64,000 nt of DNA from Tubiluchus corallicola (taxonomy: Eukaryota > Animalia > Priapulida). The stretch is taken from contig JAQGDQ010000044.1 of the NCBI GenBank assembly GCA_030141605.1, positions 310,001 to 374,000 of the forward strand. Reading direction: 5' to 3'. The position numbers and the translations under genes are program-made. Positions 43,951-57,400 of this stretch are shown piece by piece (positions within the stretch are counted from its first letter, which is position 1; every line of letters starts with the position of its first letter). A model generated the notes under the pieces. That model did not search any database, was not told the DNA's origin, and saw nothing but the letters and a program-made list of their open reading frames with translations.

Positions 43951-45573
43951 AGAATGGTCCACAAAGTATTCTAAGACAGGCCCGACTGAGATAACTCAGT
44001 GCAAACCTGACTGACTGACTAACCGTAATACATGTAATATTAAGTTTATGATATGTATGTTTGTTGCTCTGTTGTATGTGTTTTTTGTGTTGGAACCATT
44101 ATACTACATATATGCAGTTTCTTTGTACCGATGCATAATGAAGTCTAGTTTTTCTTTGTCTCTTGTAATTTGCTTTGCTCGATGGTTCAATAAAAAAAGT
44201 AAATAAGAATAAAAATATGAAAATCATATAAGTGACAATACCATAAATCTTTGAAAACACTATGAATGCAGATGAATGACACAAGCAGGCATGAATACTA
44301 GTGTGAGTAATTGGATGCAGTTTTTAACTACTACCAAACTTTTACACAATGACCGAAAATGTGATATATATTTGTTTTGCAATTTCTGATTGAACTTTTT
44401 GAAATATGTAAAGCCAATCATGAGAAAGATGTTTCTTAAATGCAAAATAAAAGCAGTCAGGGCACCAAGAGACCGCAGACATATTTAAATGAAAAGCCAG
44501 TTTAGATCCAGATACGTATGCCAAAATCCGGATCACGGATCCGGTACCGCGAGTCCGCCCTATCCCTAATGCTTGGAATGAGGTTCCTCAAGCACTAATA
44601 GCTCTAATATCAACTGGATTCAAAATGTTTAAATAGTCAATCACATTATATGCTGAAGCAAAAATTAAGTCTAATACTGACCCGAACTTGCCAGTAGACA
44701 AAAAAAACATGTCGATGTAAATAAACATAATGTACAGTTTCAATAGATTTAGACCGGGTTGTTAAATTAACACAATCTATACAGGGATAATTAAAGTTAC
44801 CAAAAATTCAAAACAATTTACAAGTGCTCTTTGAAAATTTAAATCACTTTCAATATCAGCTGAAGGTAGTTCTAGACTAAGTACCAGTACCATAAATCAA
44901 CTATTGATCAGCATTTACACATATATATATACACATACATCCACTAAATCACTCTACCTTTCTATGTGCAGTGCAACAAATGAATCGCTAAAATTTATTT
45001 AATAGTATCGTATATAACCTTAAGGGTTTTTTAGACACCAAGGCTATCCATATAATGAAGGACAACTGGGAGCAGCTATCTAAACTTTAAAAGGGTAGCC
45101 GATAATTAATTACTGACTTTTCAGACTGCAATTCTAAGGTAATCAAGTTATGCAAATTCGATAAAATCGCAAATATGCCATTCAAACAAAAGGTTATCCT
45201 CATTCTGAGGTCTAATTCTATATATAATGTTGTTGTTTGCAAAATACCCAGTCTCTGACGAGGTCAGAAACATTATTCATTAATTATAACCTACTTTAAA
45301 ACTTGTGGTTATTTTTCTTACTAAGTAACTATGCTTAACACGATAGTAACAAAATCAAATATTTCTTACTATTTTACTACACAAATCATTATCACAGCAG
45401 TTATATCACAATAGACTTTACATTTATATTTGTGTTCAATGGGATGTGCCAAAACTCGTGACTGTTGATCACTTTATGAAAGCACTATACACGGACGCAC
45501 CAAAACTAACCGAATCGGGCCCACCGGGAGCAACGGTGACCGAAAAACCTCCAAAAAATTGCAAAACTTATAC

Positions 45574-45920
45574 CTCTTATTTCTGAAGAACGGGAACAAG
45601 CACCAACGACAGTATCATCAACTTCAGGTAAATACGGGTAAGTATCATCAGCAGCAGATATCATCGACAACTGGTAAGTGTATCATCAGCGTCAGGATTA
45701 ATATAATCAGCAACAGGTAAGTCTCATCGCTGGAATGCAACTATCGTCTCTGTCGCAACCATGTAGACAGATCACTTTTCTACAAGCAAGCACCGTTACT
45801 ACTAAACCATCATTTTATGACATGAGAACGTCCGCTTAACTCGACAACTTATAGCGGAATACCTGGGCGAACTGAACAGCCAAAATTTCGTCTACGTGGC
45901 TTCAATCACATGATATAGTA
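45574..45920 (-). promoter_or_regulatory. Putative MFSD12 promoter/non-coding first exon with an M-box/CLEAR-like E-box
   Basis: Locally CpG-richer region upstream of the acceptor at 41910. Candidate donor GAG|gtataa at ~45573. ATCACATGAT (TCATGTGA on the minus strand) at 45905-45914. Confidence 0.4.
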
Positions 45921-46094
45921 GTAATGCATCGTCATTGAATGTACAGGTGAAATCTGATTTCAGAACAGATTGGCTTCTGTCATTATACCGTTAAACTAAT
46001 TTTCTTTTATAAAAATTGACAATAATTAATGGTAGAGTTATAATAGTAGGAACTAGTTACATAACCTGGCCTAAAATAAGCCTGAGCGTCACAT

Positions 46095-46714
46095 AGACCA
46101 TATCATAACTTTTATTCAAATAATTATTAATTTAACATTACACATATATATATATATATATATGGATATATAACCGACGACGGCACAATTTTCGACGATC
46201 CATGCGTCAAATGAAAGGTTTCCACCCAAGGGCTCGCACCGGGGGGTTATTTTTCGAATCGAGCCTACCGGGAGGAACGGGCACCGAATTTATATTAATA
46301 GGTAATGTCTAGCTAGGACACACGATGGATGCCCGCAACACTCCACCATTTTATTAGGTGGTCACACTTTATTCCTATAGCGTAAACAAAGTGTGGGCCT
46401 ACTTTTGGTTTAAAGAAGCGTTTATTCCCCTTGTTGTTTGCATACGGAAGACAACAAGATTAGGTTTTCTTTATAGCAAACATTTTCCTTATATCTTGTG
46501 CCGAACTTGTAATTTTTTCTCGTAAATTGATATTTTTATACATTGTCAATTGAATACTTGAATATGAATACTTAAATTAGATTGATTGTCTTGCCAATTA
46601 GCAACTTATTCCATTAAATTACAATTTTGATCAATAATTCCAATAAACAATAATTAATTGTTGTGCAGACCATATCATAACTTTTATTCAAATAATTATT
46701 AATTTAACATTACA
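46095..46714. mobile_element. ~520-bp insertion flanked by an exact 48-bp direct repeat
   Basis: agaccatatcataacttttattcaaataattattaatttaacattaca occurs at 46095-46142 and 46667-46714. The insert begins with (TA)n. Confidence 0.75.
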
Positions 46715-48460
46715 TAAAACCTTTCACCAGAATTAAAATGTTTCATGACAATAATAGTAGTACGTAGTTGTAACTTTATTGACTTTTTATTAATCATATT
46801 TTGGCACATCAAATTTCCACTACCTTTTCAATGAGTAAAAAATTACCATGATATTAGGGCCATAATCAACTGTACACAGAAATCACAGCTTTTTAAGCTT
46901 CAAAACTTTCGTCACCATAATTAGAATACATGCCACTAGTTAAGGCGCAACAATAATATAAATAATATTATGATTACATAACAATCAACCTCAGTGAATA
47001 ATACAATATGAAGATAAAAACACGCTGATAGTATACACTGTATAAAAGGGTGAATAAATAAAAGTAGGAGACTTTATATTAATCGATAACCCAGGACAGA
47101 TACTTTCACAAGATAGTTTTGAGCAGGTTAACGAGTACAATTAACAACCACAAATAGCCATATATAGTTTACAAAACTTATTAATAGAAAATAGGTAAAC
47201 TGTTTTGGTATTTTTATACTTTAACTGTTATTAGTGTCCTGGCTGACCTAATAATCTTAGTAAAAGGTAATACTGCAAATATTTAGGAATAGCATATCAC
47301 AGAAACCATGTGGTGCCACCTAGTGAAAATGAAGAAGAAATATTGTCAACTAGTGCCTGTTTAACACTAGGCCACAACCGTACATCAAAAGAGATTTATA
47401 ACAATAGCAGTGGATGAAAGACTAGAACAATCTAGACTTCAAGTTTAGTAACTTCATGATTAGAAGTGTTGTGCACAGTTCTATAAATAAATTTATTAGA
47501 ATTTGACCATAAAGGGCATTAAAAAAGAATGGATTCAGATTGGTCAAGAATGACAGATGCATCTGAACCAGAGTTCAACAAAAGCTGTGCAGGTAAGAAA
47601 ATGATAATCTAGACATTTCATCATTGTGTACTTAGTAACTATTTCCTACAATAAAAAGAACAAAAAGTGTTCGCTTCAAATATTAGAAATTGCAACACGA
47701 TTTTGTAGCCGTGTAGAAAAGGCAAAATTTCTTATGTTTGGCAAAATAAAGTTAAAGAAAAAGTTGTACAGCAGCAAATTTTGTAGTATGCCTTGAAAGA
47801 CTTGCAAAGTAAAGTTGTACAAGGTGGCAGCACTAGTACGTTTACTAGTTTGAAATGCTCAGATTAATAATAAAAATGTTGGTTTCTTTCATAATTTATA
47901 CAATTTGCACCAACGTTACAAATCCATGTTACCAGTGTGTATGATAACTAGATCAAAAATTATATTTTTTACAAAATTTATGATTTGCACCCTATTAGAT
48001 TTTCACTTATTTTTTACAATGTGCAAATAAATTGATAGAACTGGCTTTAATTCTTTAACAGACGATAAACAGCTAAAGTGGCTGCATCTTAAGTATTTTT
48101 AATCATTTACCACTATCTGAGCACAAGCTCTGTGCAAAGCAGGCTTATAGATGAAATTAAACTCAAAAGTGAGAAATGTAACTACTCGATTAGAAAAAAT
48201 TGTTAGTTGATGCACTGTTTAACGTGTCGAGCTTCTTCGGCAATATGCAGCACTCTTTTGCATACTCGGCTCAGCTGGCCACTGTACAGTATAAATCGAG
48301 TTTCAAAACTTTTTGTTAAACTAAACTGATGATTCAGAATAACTTCACACTTCCTTTACCAGATGGCCACCCTGACCTTATTTCTGAACTTCAATAATGT
48401 TGTTCATAAATTTATGAATATTTTGAGAGGAAATAAGAATATTATTCATACATAATGGAG

Positions 48461-51400
48461 CTATGTAACGGAACATCTCATATCTGATTCGTCGAAAATG
48501 ATTCTGACAGCTGATATACAAGCGACACAACTAATCAATGCTGAGAAGACAATGTATGAAAGAGTTGTGCCAGTGACATGAACAATGCTACCCATGCACG
48601 CTGATAAAACAACTTGTGCAAGGAAGAATGCAGCATCGAGAACGGCCATGTCAGAACCCGAACCTCGCTGATGGATCTCCTCCGATGAAGAACAATCACT
48701 AAAGTAAACCTAAAAACAAACAATGTATAGTACATCAGAAGTAATGTTGATATAACCAGAATTATACAGTCAGATAGGTGGAAAAACCCACGTAAATATG
48801 AATAAAATTAACCTTAATTTGGAGCAACATATTGCATATGCCAGAAACTATTCTAGTTCTAAATGTCATACAATCGGATTCACAATATTGCATTTATCAG
48901 AGCGTAATTTACATACAAAACCGGCTGTTGGTCCGGTTTGCCCAGGGAAGCCAGACTATATGCATGTGGTAATAATGTGTAAACTGAATTTCATTGAATT
49001 CGTTGTTGTGGTTATACACAAAATGTCAGAGATAAGAACTGACCTCAGAATTTTAATTTTACAATCTCTGGTAGACTTATTCAAATGTAATGTCAGTAAA
49101 ATATGCCATGTATGCTTGTAATCTTTTATATGTTAAACAGGAGCTGATTTGAGTACAGCTGTGTAAACTGTGTGATTAATTTTTCCACAGAAGGATATCA
49201 CATTGTTGTTCACAACTTTGCTTTTTTGTTTATTAATTGGCATAACCTTAGGCTATAGTCTTAATGCATTTTATATTTAATTATATATTTATTATATATT
49301 CAGTTTAAAATATTTTGATTTTAGTTAGAAAGTTAACTAAAAGTCTTCACACGGCAAGTGCAAACCACATTTCGAAACAGTTTGACATGGCAGCTCAAAA
49401 GCAGAAGCACACAGAATTGATCGCGGTATCCACTATGTAGGCAAGCTAACATCACATGATTTTGTTATGATTCAACTGTGAAACGGTTAGTCCAGCAACT
49501 GTGTGAACACTCAGTTAAACTATTTTAAACAGTTTGGCGAAAATGTTTTACTCAAAATGTTTTGAAACCATTTCGGCATGTGAAAATGATCAAAATGTTT
49601 TGAAACCATTTTGCCATGTGAAAAGGGTCAAAATGTTTTGAAACCATTTTGCCACGTGAAAACGGTGTATATAATTAAGAAAATAAAATAAACGAAAGAA
49701 TAATATAGAAGTCTGACAGGACCTGGTACGTAAAGAAATGTTAATTCAGGTTTGCATAAAAGTAACATTTCACTGTATCGACTTCCATGTCTTGTTGATT
49801 CATACAAAATACACAAAAATCATTTCCAGATAGTGACGCTTATAATTTATTGCATTTCGTTTATTATGCATAGCAAGAAATCATTAGTACGAATTAATGT
49901 AGCAACTATCCATCTCTAGTTCAAACTAACTGTCGTAAGTAGCAGGGCTGTCTTAATGCAGGGTAGATACCCGGAGGCCCCATACTAATCTATGTATGTT
50001 CTGACTTGCTGTCAATAAATCTACCAATAAGTACCAATACAATAAATATATGTTTATAATTTTATCAACCACCTACATCTTTATACCTGTAGGTTGGGAC
50101 CCCGGTGCACTACTCTGCCTGGGAGCCTAGAAAGCTATTAAGGGGACCCTATTAAGTAGCTTGTAGAAAGAGACAAACATACCGTCTTACTCTGCTGATA
50201 CTGTGTAATGAGGGCAAATGGTATAGCAGTAAATGTGGCAAATCCAAAGCCAGTAATCGCTGTCACCAGATTAAGAAGTACAACATTTCTAATGAAAATC
50301 ATCGATATCATTGCACAGGTGAATGATACTATACCTGCAAACAAAAAATCAGTAAATAATAAACTCGAGTTATAGTACTTAGTTAATATTTAGGTTTAGC
50401 TGAAATAAGTTCTACCAAAATCTAGGATAAAAAACTCTCAGAATCTTTATAGTGTTAATGCTCTGATCACTAAGTTGCCTATATATTAACAACTGGTATT
50501 GATCCATACAGGTTTAAACATTGCGCATGTACAGACAGTGGTTGCGATAATTGTCCAAAATGGGAGGCAAATTAAGAGGCCATGTCTAATTCAAATTCTA
50601 TGGTCTGTCATTAGGCAAACAATTGGTGCCATGATGTTGTAGAATGCAAAAATTGCATTTGATCGTTAGGCAAGAACAGTCCTTGAGTCATTGATCGATC
50701 AGCAAGATTCATCAAAAAATCAGAAAACTCAATGACCTAGTGCCACCTGTGCAAAGATCATTCCTATTGTAATTGTAACTATATGAAACACAGTGTTCCA
50801 AATAAAACTTTCAATCACCATTTAAAATTGCTTGTGTGAAAGCGGTGTTAGTATATCATTGTTGCTGTCATTGTTGTTACTGCTACTTCTGCTCTGCTGC
50901 TTGTCTGGCTGTTACTGTTGCTGGTGTCAATGTTGTAGTTTTATAGCTATTGTCGTTGTTAGTATATCAGCATCAGGTCAATTGTTTTTGGTGTACCGCA
51001 CACAAGAAAAAAGTTACATCAACCATTGTCAACTATAAACTTGGATGTTGAACGACGATTCCTAGTAATGGTCTAAAAAACAGGATTTTGTCATATTTAT
51101 TTATGCTAAGCAGAAACTTAACTGCAACGTGAAACTAAAACAAGTTCATTGAACTATATGTTAGTAACCACTGACAGCAACAATGTAAGTACATTGTAAT
51201 GTCTGAGAAGTGTAAGTTATTAAAGACAGCATTTTGGATCGTTGGTCACTTTTACTCTAAATGCAAATGGTCAGTTTACAAACGAATACAACGAAGTTTG
51301 GTTTCTATTGTGAAAGTTATTTTAATCCCTGAAAATTAGTTATTTAGTTATTTGTGACTACTTCAGTTGCTGCTACTGTTTCTGCCACCATTGTCATGGT

Positions 51401-54400
51401 TGTTGCTTTTGTGCCTCTCATTGTTGTTACTGCGACTTCTGCTCTGCTGCTTGTTTTGCTGTTACTGTTGTTGCTGTCAATGTTGTTGTTTTGTAGCTAT
51501 TGTCGGTGTTGTTGTTGCTGTAGTTGTTGTCATGGTTGTCTCGGTCATCGTTGTTACTTTTGTTGTTGTAGTAGCTGTTGTTGAATTATCACAAATACTT
51601 TACGAAAACATAATACTTTAATCTTACAAAATGCAGTAAAGCAATACTAAATTAGGGAGTCCGAAAAATTTGCACCTCCACTGGGCCTCGAACTCAACTC
51701 CTTCTGCATTCTGGCTCAAATCAAATCAATTTATTTCACGCCAGCAATACATATAGAATGCATTAACGTACAATATGATTAACAGAAAAGAACAGTATAA
51801 GAAAAAAACATTGATGCAGTCAAATTAACCAAATAAGAGTTGCTGTATGACATCTTGAAATTTTGGTTTGTTAAGGTGGCAAGAATGAGTGAATGAAAGA
51901 ACGGTTAAGGTTAGTAAACATGACAGAATGGAAAAACTAGTAAGATTAGAGATAGAAAGAAGGAAGGGAGGGGAGGAAACACCTGCAGTGCATGTTTAAA
52001 TTACGTAGAGCTATATTAAAATAGTGTATAATATAAATAATGGGAGGCCATACATTGTGGCTGCATGAGACCGTTATGCTGTTATGCTAACCATTATGCC
52101 ATAGAGATACTCTTATTAAAACAGTTTAGTTACATCATGCATTGTACAACTACTACAGCACTTCCTTAGATACCTTACATTTTACCTTTGAATGATTAAA
52201 ATCTTGCTTATGAAACATTGAGTTGTTAACTTGTACTATGTATTATGCTTTGTGAAGAGTGATGTTATGCTCACAAATAAAAACCACCTACACGCTACAC
52301 TGAATAATTAACCAGTAATTTTAGGATTACTTTGTTAGTAATGCATGTATAGCGTCGTTTTAAACCTACTGGTTCACTCAAATTGTACCAACCTTTTGTG
52401 TCACTGTGTGTGTGTGAACAAGTGCGTTTAACAAATAAGCATACGCAAAAATGTCTGCTTTTGCTCTGTTAGTTTATTTGTGCATTTGATACTCTGGTAT
52501 TTAAGACTCCAGACACTCTTCAAATAGCCTTTAAAGTCAAGATTTTTCAAGATTGTTTATTTCACATGAACACAAGTACATTAAGGCCCTTGAAAAAAGT
52601 CTCAAAGCAAGTTATACTAGGTTCGACTAAAAACCTTGGATTTTATCTTGGATTTTATCTTTGTTAAATATAACGCTTTGCATTCACTGCATGGACCCCT
52701 GCACGTGTAGGTCATGTACAAGGTACTTGGATTATTATGAATACATGTACAAAAACTCTTTGTTAGTTCAATGGTTAAGTATGTACGTACAGTGTGTTTT
52801 GATTTCTACTTCTTTAAAATAATATTAATTTCTAATTCCTGCTCTTCTACTTTTGGAAAACATTTTCCTAATAAAAAAAAAATTATATAAATATTCTTTG
52901 AGGTTTAAACATGACTGCACACATATTTCATTGATCCAGAGCTGCTGAGCTCAAAGAATTATTCATAATGCAAGCACATAAAAAAGGCATCGTGACGCCC
53001 ACACAACAGCTTTTAACAAAAATTTAATTTTGAGTTTAAAATCAAGAAAGATACAGTTTTAAAGGAAGTACATCATTGTTATATTCTATTTAAAATAAAA
53101 AAGAAATAAAAAGTTTTACACTAAGCTCATCAGTCTCAAAACATAATAGAATACCTTAACAAATGAGTTGAGTAAATGCATGCTCATTTCAAAAACACAG
53201 GAAGCAGGTTGGTCAAGTAAAAGTAATGACTCCAGGAAATTTTTCCAAGGCCATGCGATTAAAAAAAATAAAAGAAACTAACGACTTTTATCGCACAAGC
53301 GAAGTAAAGAGTTTAAAAAATTGGGAAAAGGCACCAATTTTAAAAAATGTTCTCGGGGACCAGTTGCTACCCTTGCTCCTCCCTTGTTACCTACACCACT
53401 GCATTGCAACTTACCAAACATGTAAGCATTGCGTGCACCAGCCTGAGATATAATGCTCTCCAGAAACCAAGAGTATGAGGCAGAAGTTATGCAGTGAAAG
53501 AGAAGTCCCCAGCTGCCCATACGAACACCTGAAACATAACAATATGAAGACATTACAAGCTGTTCATTGTATTCTAAAATATTTTTTGACATAAAGGTAG
53601 AAATAGTATAAGAATTTGTCTCTGCCTCACTTCGAGTGTACCTGTGTTCTCTTCCAGGTAATAGACTGTTTTCCCACAGAAGACAGCAAGACCAGAGGTT
53701 CATGTGGATGCGACACAGATATAAAGAAATTCTTTACTCAGGCAATATTTTTAAGCACTAAACTGTTAAGAATATTTCACAAAGTATATAATACATTCAG
53801 GACCAGATTATGACCTTTTGAGGACCCTGGGCTAACGAAATCCCTCAGACGGATGAACCCTCTTAATTTGCTCGCGCTCGTCTCGGATATTTTTTACTTG
53901 TGATATATTTTAGCAACAGTTGCATAGCTGGGTGCCCCATATTTCAAATACAGGGCTTCAAAGAGGGGCCCTTATCTCAAATAAAGGGCCTCAAACAAAG
54001 GCTTTTGTTTTAGATAAAAGGCTATAAACAGGGATCCGTTATCTCAAATGAGGAGCAACTTTAAAATTGGATTTTCAGACTTCCTGTCCTCTTTTTTAGA
54101 GTTGAAATTTTATTTTAAGTTATATGAATTATTCAGCAATGCAAAATATGGATCCTCCAAGCTTAAAGGGCCCTAGGGTATACAACCCAGAGTATACAAC
54201 CTATAGGGTAATCCAGCCCAGGATATATCAACAAATATATGAGCAGACAGCAGATTACTGGTTTTTTAAGTCAGGATATCAATAGCTCTAGATAGCGCAT
54301 AGATGGTTGACCTTGGACAATTTCATTGCAAAATGATCTCATAGCATCAGACATTTAGATGTACAGAGTAAGGCATTACAAGCACTTGCTATAGACAAAG

Positions 54401-57400
54401 TAATCTGTGTTAGTTTGCAAACTTCCTCTAGAATTTATGTATTTACTAATTTGGTCACATCTGCAAAACTATTGGCATCACTGAATGGAAATCATTGACT
54501 TATATAAGCACATAATGTAATTTTTGCTTAGTAATAACATGACACACACGTTTGCATACTGTCAGGTACTTATTAAATACATAGGGTCTAATGTAATGTG
54601 TGCCTCAATGAACAGTATTTGTGTAATCATAATTGTGAGACGTAACTTTTGGTTAGTAATGGTTAAGTTATCAAATCTGCTTAATTTTTATCTTAATTTA
54701 TGTTAATATTTTCGCCTGCAGGATAATTATCTTTTACAAATACTTCAGTTGTTTTCAGAATGAGTAAATTGCATAAATTACACTGGTAGTACAGACTACA
54801 GGCCTCCATGTTTTATTAACCCTTTCATACCCGTTGTACCTCGTGGGATACGAGAATATTTTCTGCCTTTAAAATTAATAAAATTTTAAAACTGACAGTC
54901 ATTTGATCTGTTAATAGTTATTTTTATTTAAGCCAATAACAATAGACTAAAAATGGTGTTAAAATGGCAAACTAGAAAATCTACATAGCACAAAAACTGC
55001 ACAAGGTACAGCATTTTAGATATGCCTTTGTACAGATCAGCATAGCATGCATTCTAAATGTCTTAAATTATCAGCAGTTGCAAAATGAAGCACATTTTAT
55101 GCTTCCATTGAATCCCAATGTATCCCGTGGGATACATGCTATATTTAGCACGAGGGCACAGGTAGAAAAAAATTATTATGTGTAAACAAGATGGACATAC
55201 TGAACAAAAGTACCAAGCCAAAAAAATTTTTCTTATTAAAAAAATAATTTGGGACTGAAAGGGTTAAAACATACTAGTATAATTGTGCTTGCTTCCATTT
55301 AAGAATGTGCAAAGATATAATAAATAAAATAAAGAACAGTGTTTGCAAGATCTAGAGCATAAAATATCGTGTGCACTAGTGCGAAGCTTAACAATTAATC
55401 TTGACTCATCAGAAAAAAAGATGCCCAGTTGTACAGTCTGAATGATTTGACTTATTTGGGAGTGAACAGGTTATCTTACTACCCATCTCTCCCCCTCTTA
55501 CTTATCACCTACAGCACTCTCACTCATGAACTTAGGGTTACCATCCACCCAGCAACAAATGCTTTATGCTGCACAGTATAATTAATGCGTAATTAATTGG
55601 CTGTTTACTGTATTGAGGGAGGACGTATTCACACCTGGGACTGGCTGAAGCCCCTATCAAGTTAGATTCCAGTCTTGCCACACCCTGGTACTGAATGCAG
55701 GACTCCAGCTAATCTCAATAACAAGCCCTAAATGTCTACAACAGTGATTTTGCTGTACGAAATTGTAGTTATTACGCACTTGGACTCACTTTGCCAAACT
55801 TTTTACGTAATTCCCCTAATACTTTAGAACAATCAGGGCCGGATTAAACAATCAGAGCCGGATTACAACCTTTTTGGGCCCCCCTAGACTAATGAAATTA
55901 TGGGCCCCCTCGGATGGATCCACACTCTTGAATATTTTTACTCCTGATATATTTTAGCAATTATTTACAATATTAGCAATAAACATGAAATTTACATGAA
56001 AGAAACAGCTAGAAATCTAAACCTCATGCAAATTCTTCATATAAACTAGAATAGCTATGTTTTGTTTGCCAACAATAACTTTAAAAATAACGTTATTTTA
56101 CTACTATTTTTTGCAAACTAAATTAGCACAGATTTCAACACAGTGGAAAAACAGATTTTTTACCAAATGTTACCAAAGCTTGAGGGGCCATAGGCCGCAG
56201 CCATTACTGGGATATAGGATAATCCAGCTCTTACAAAAATATCACATTTTTGTAATAAGTTAGGTAGAAACTTAGTTTTGGAAATACACGTATTTTTACA
56301 TGGCCAGGGTGCTCAACTGCTCACGGCGCCATAACTTTAAATGATTTTCGACACGACTCAGCTGGCAGCTATAAATGTATAGGCTGAATAATAAATCTAT
56401 TTATTGATGGACTTTTACATGCGCAATCATGCACTGCTGGGTTTTGCTGTAAACTTGTAATTGTGCTATTGCTGTATAGCAAATTTATAGCAGTTCAATG
56501 TGCCCTGCACTTTCTACCTAAAGTAACAGATCTTAAAGGAAACACAGGACGATTTTTCATATCCTACTCAATTTTCAAGTACAATAAAAGTATACAGTTT
56601 AACACCTACAATAATGCAAAGTATTTCTGAAAATTAAATAATAGATTGAAAATTTAATTAATAGCAGGTGAAGCCAACTGTGATCAAATCACAGCTGAAC
56701 ATAATCTTTAAGAGCACAAACATTCGATGAGCGTGTTGTATGTGTTTGCGAAAGTGAAAATGAATGTATACAGTGCTACAATATGTGCTACAATATAATT
56801 GTATGCGGTGAATAACAGCTAATCTGTTTGTTAACAGCAAATCGGCATTAATTAACTACCGTCAGTACCTAATCTAATCACTGGAAAAGTGTACCCATAC
56901 ATATTTGTTTTTTATAACAAAAAATTTAAACCAAGAATTCAACAATGGACTTTCCAGAAAGAGGGTTTAGCACAGGTAAATTTTGACAGCTCCGATTTGT
57001 TTTTACATTTAACGGAAATTGTCTTTTTAAAGGAAACCCTTTTGATCATTTTCCACAATAATTTGTCATTTGTTCTATTATACGCTAATCAGGTAACTGC
57101 ATGGCACTTTCCTGGATTCATAACTAATCAATGCTAACGGCTTAGAAATATTTCAATTTAGTTGCATTAGTTTAGTCTGGTCAATATAACCATGCTCACA
57201 ATTTGACTTCCCTTCTGAAAAACAATAAAAATTACAAAAAAATTTAACGATGCAATTATAAATAGAAAAATTAGGTTTTTTCATATTTGAATGTAACTGG
57301 CGACAACTCGAATAGTTTTGGTAATTTACTGCATTAACAGAAGCATAGCCAGTCATCAATATCGATTTGTCTCTAAAATCCGAAATTTGGGCCAGCAGAG

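Noticed and set aside
50832-51621. Cys/Leu/Val-rich ORFs resembling secreted or metallothionein-like peptides
   Set aside because: They derive from imperfect TTG/CTG repeats in an SLC45A3 intron.
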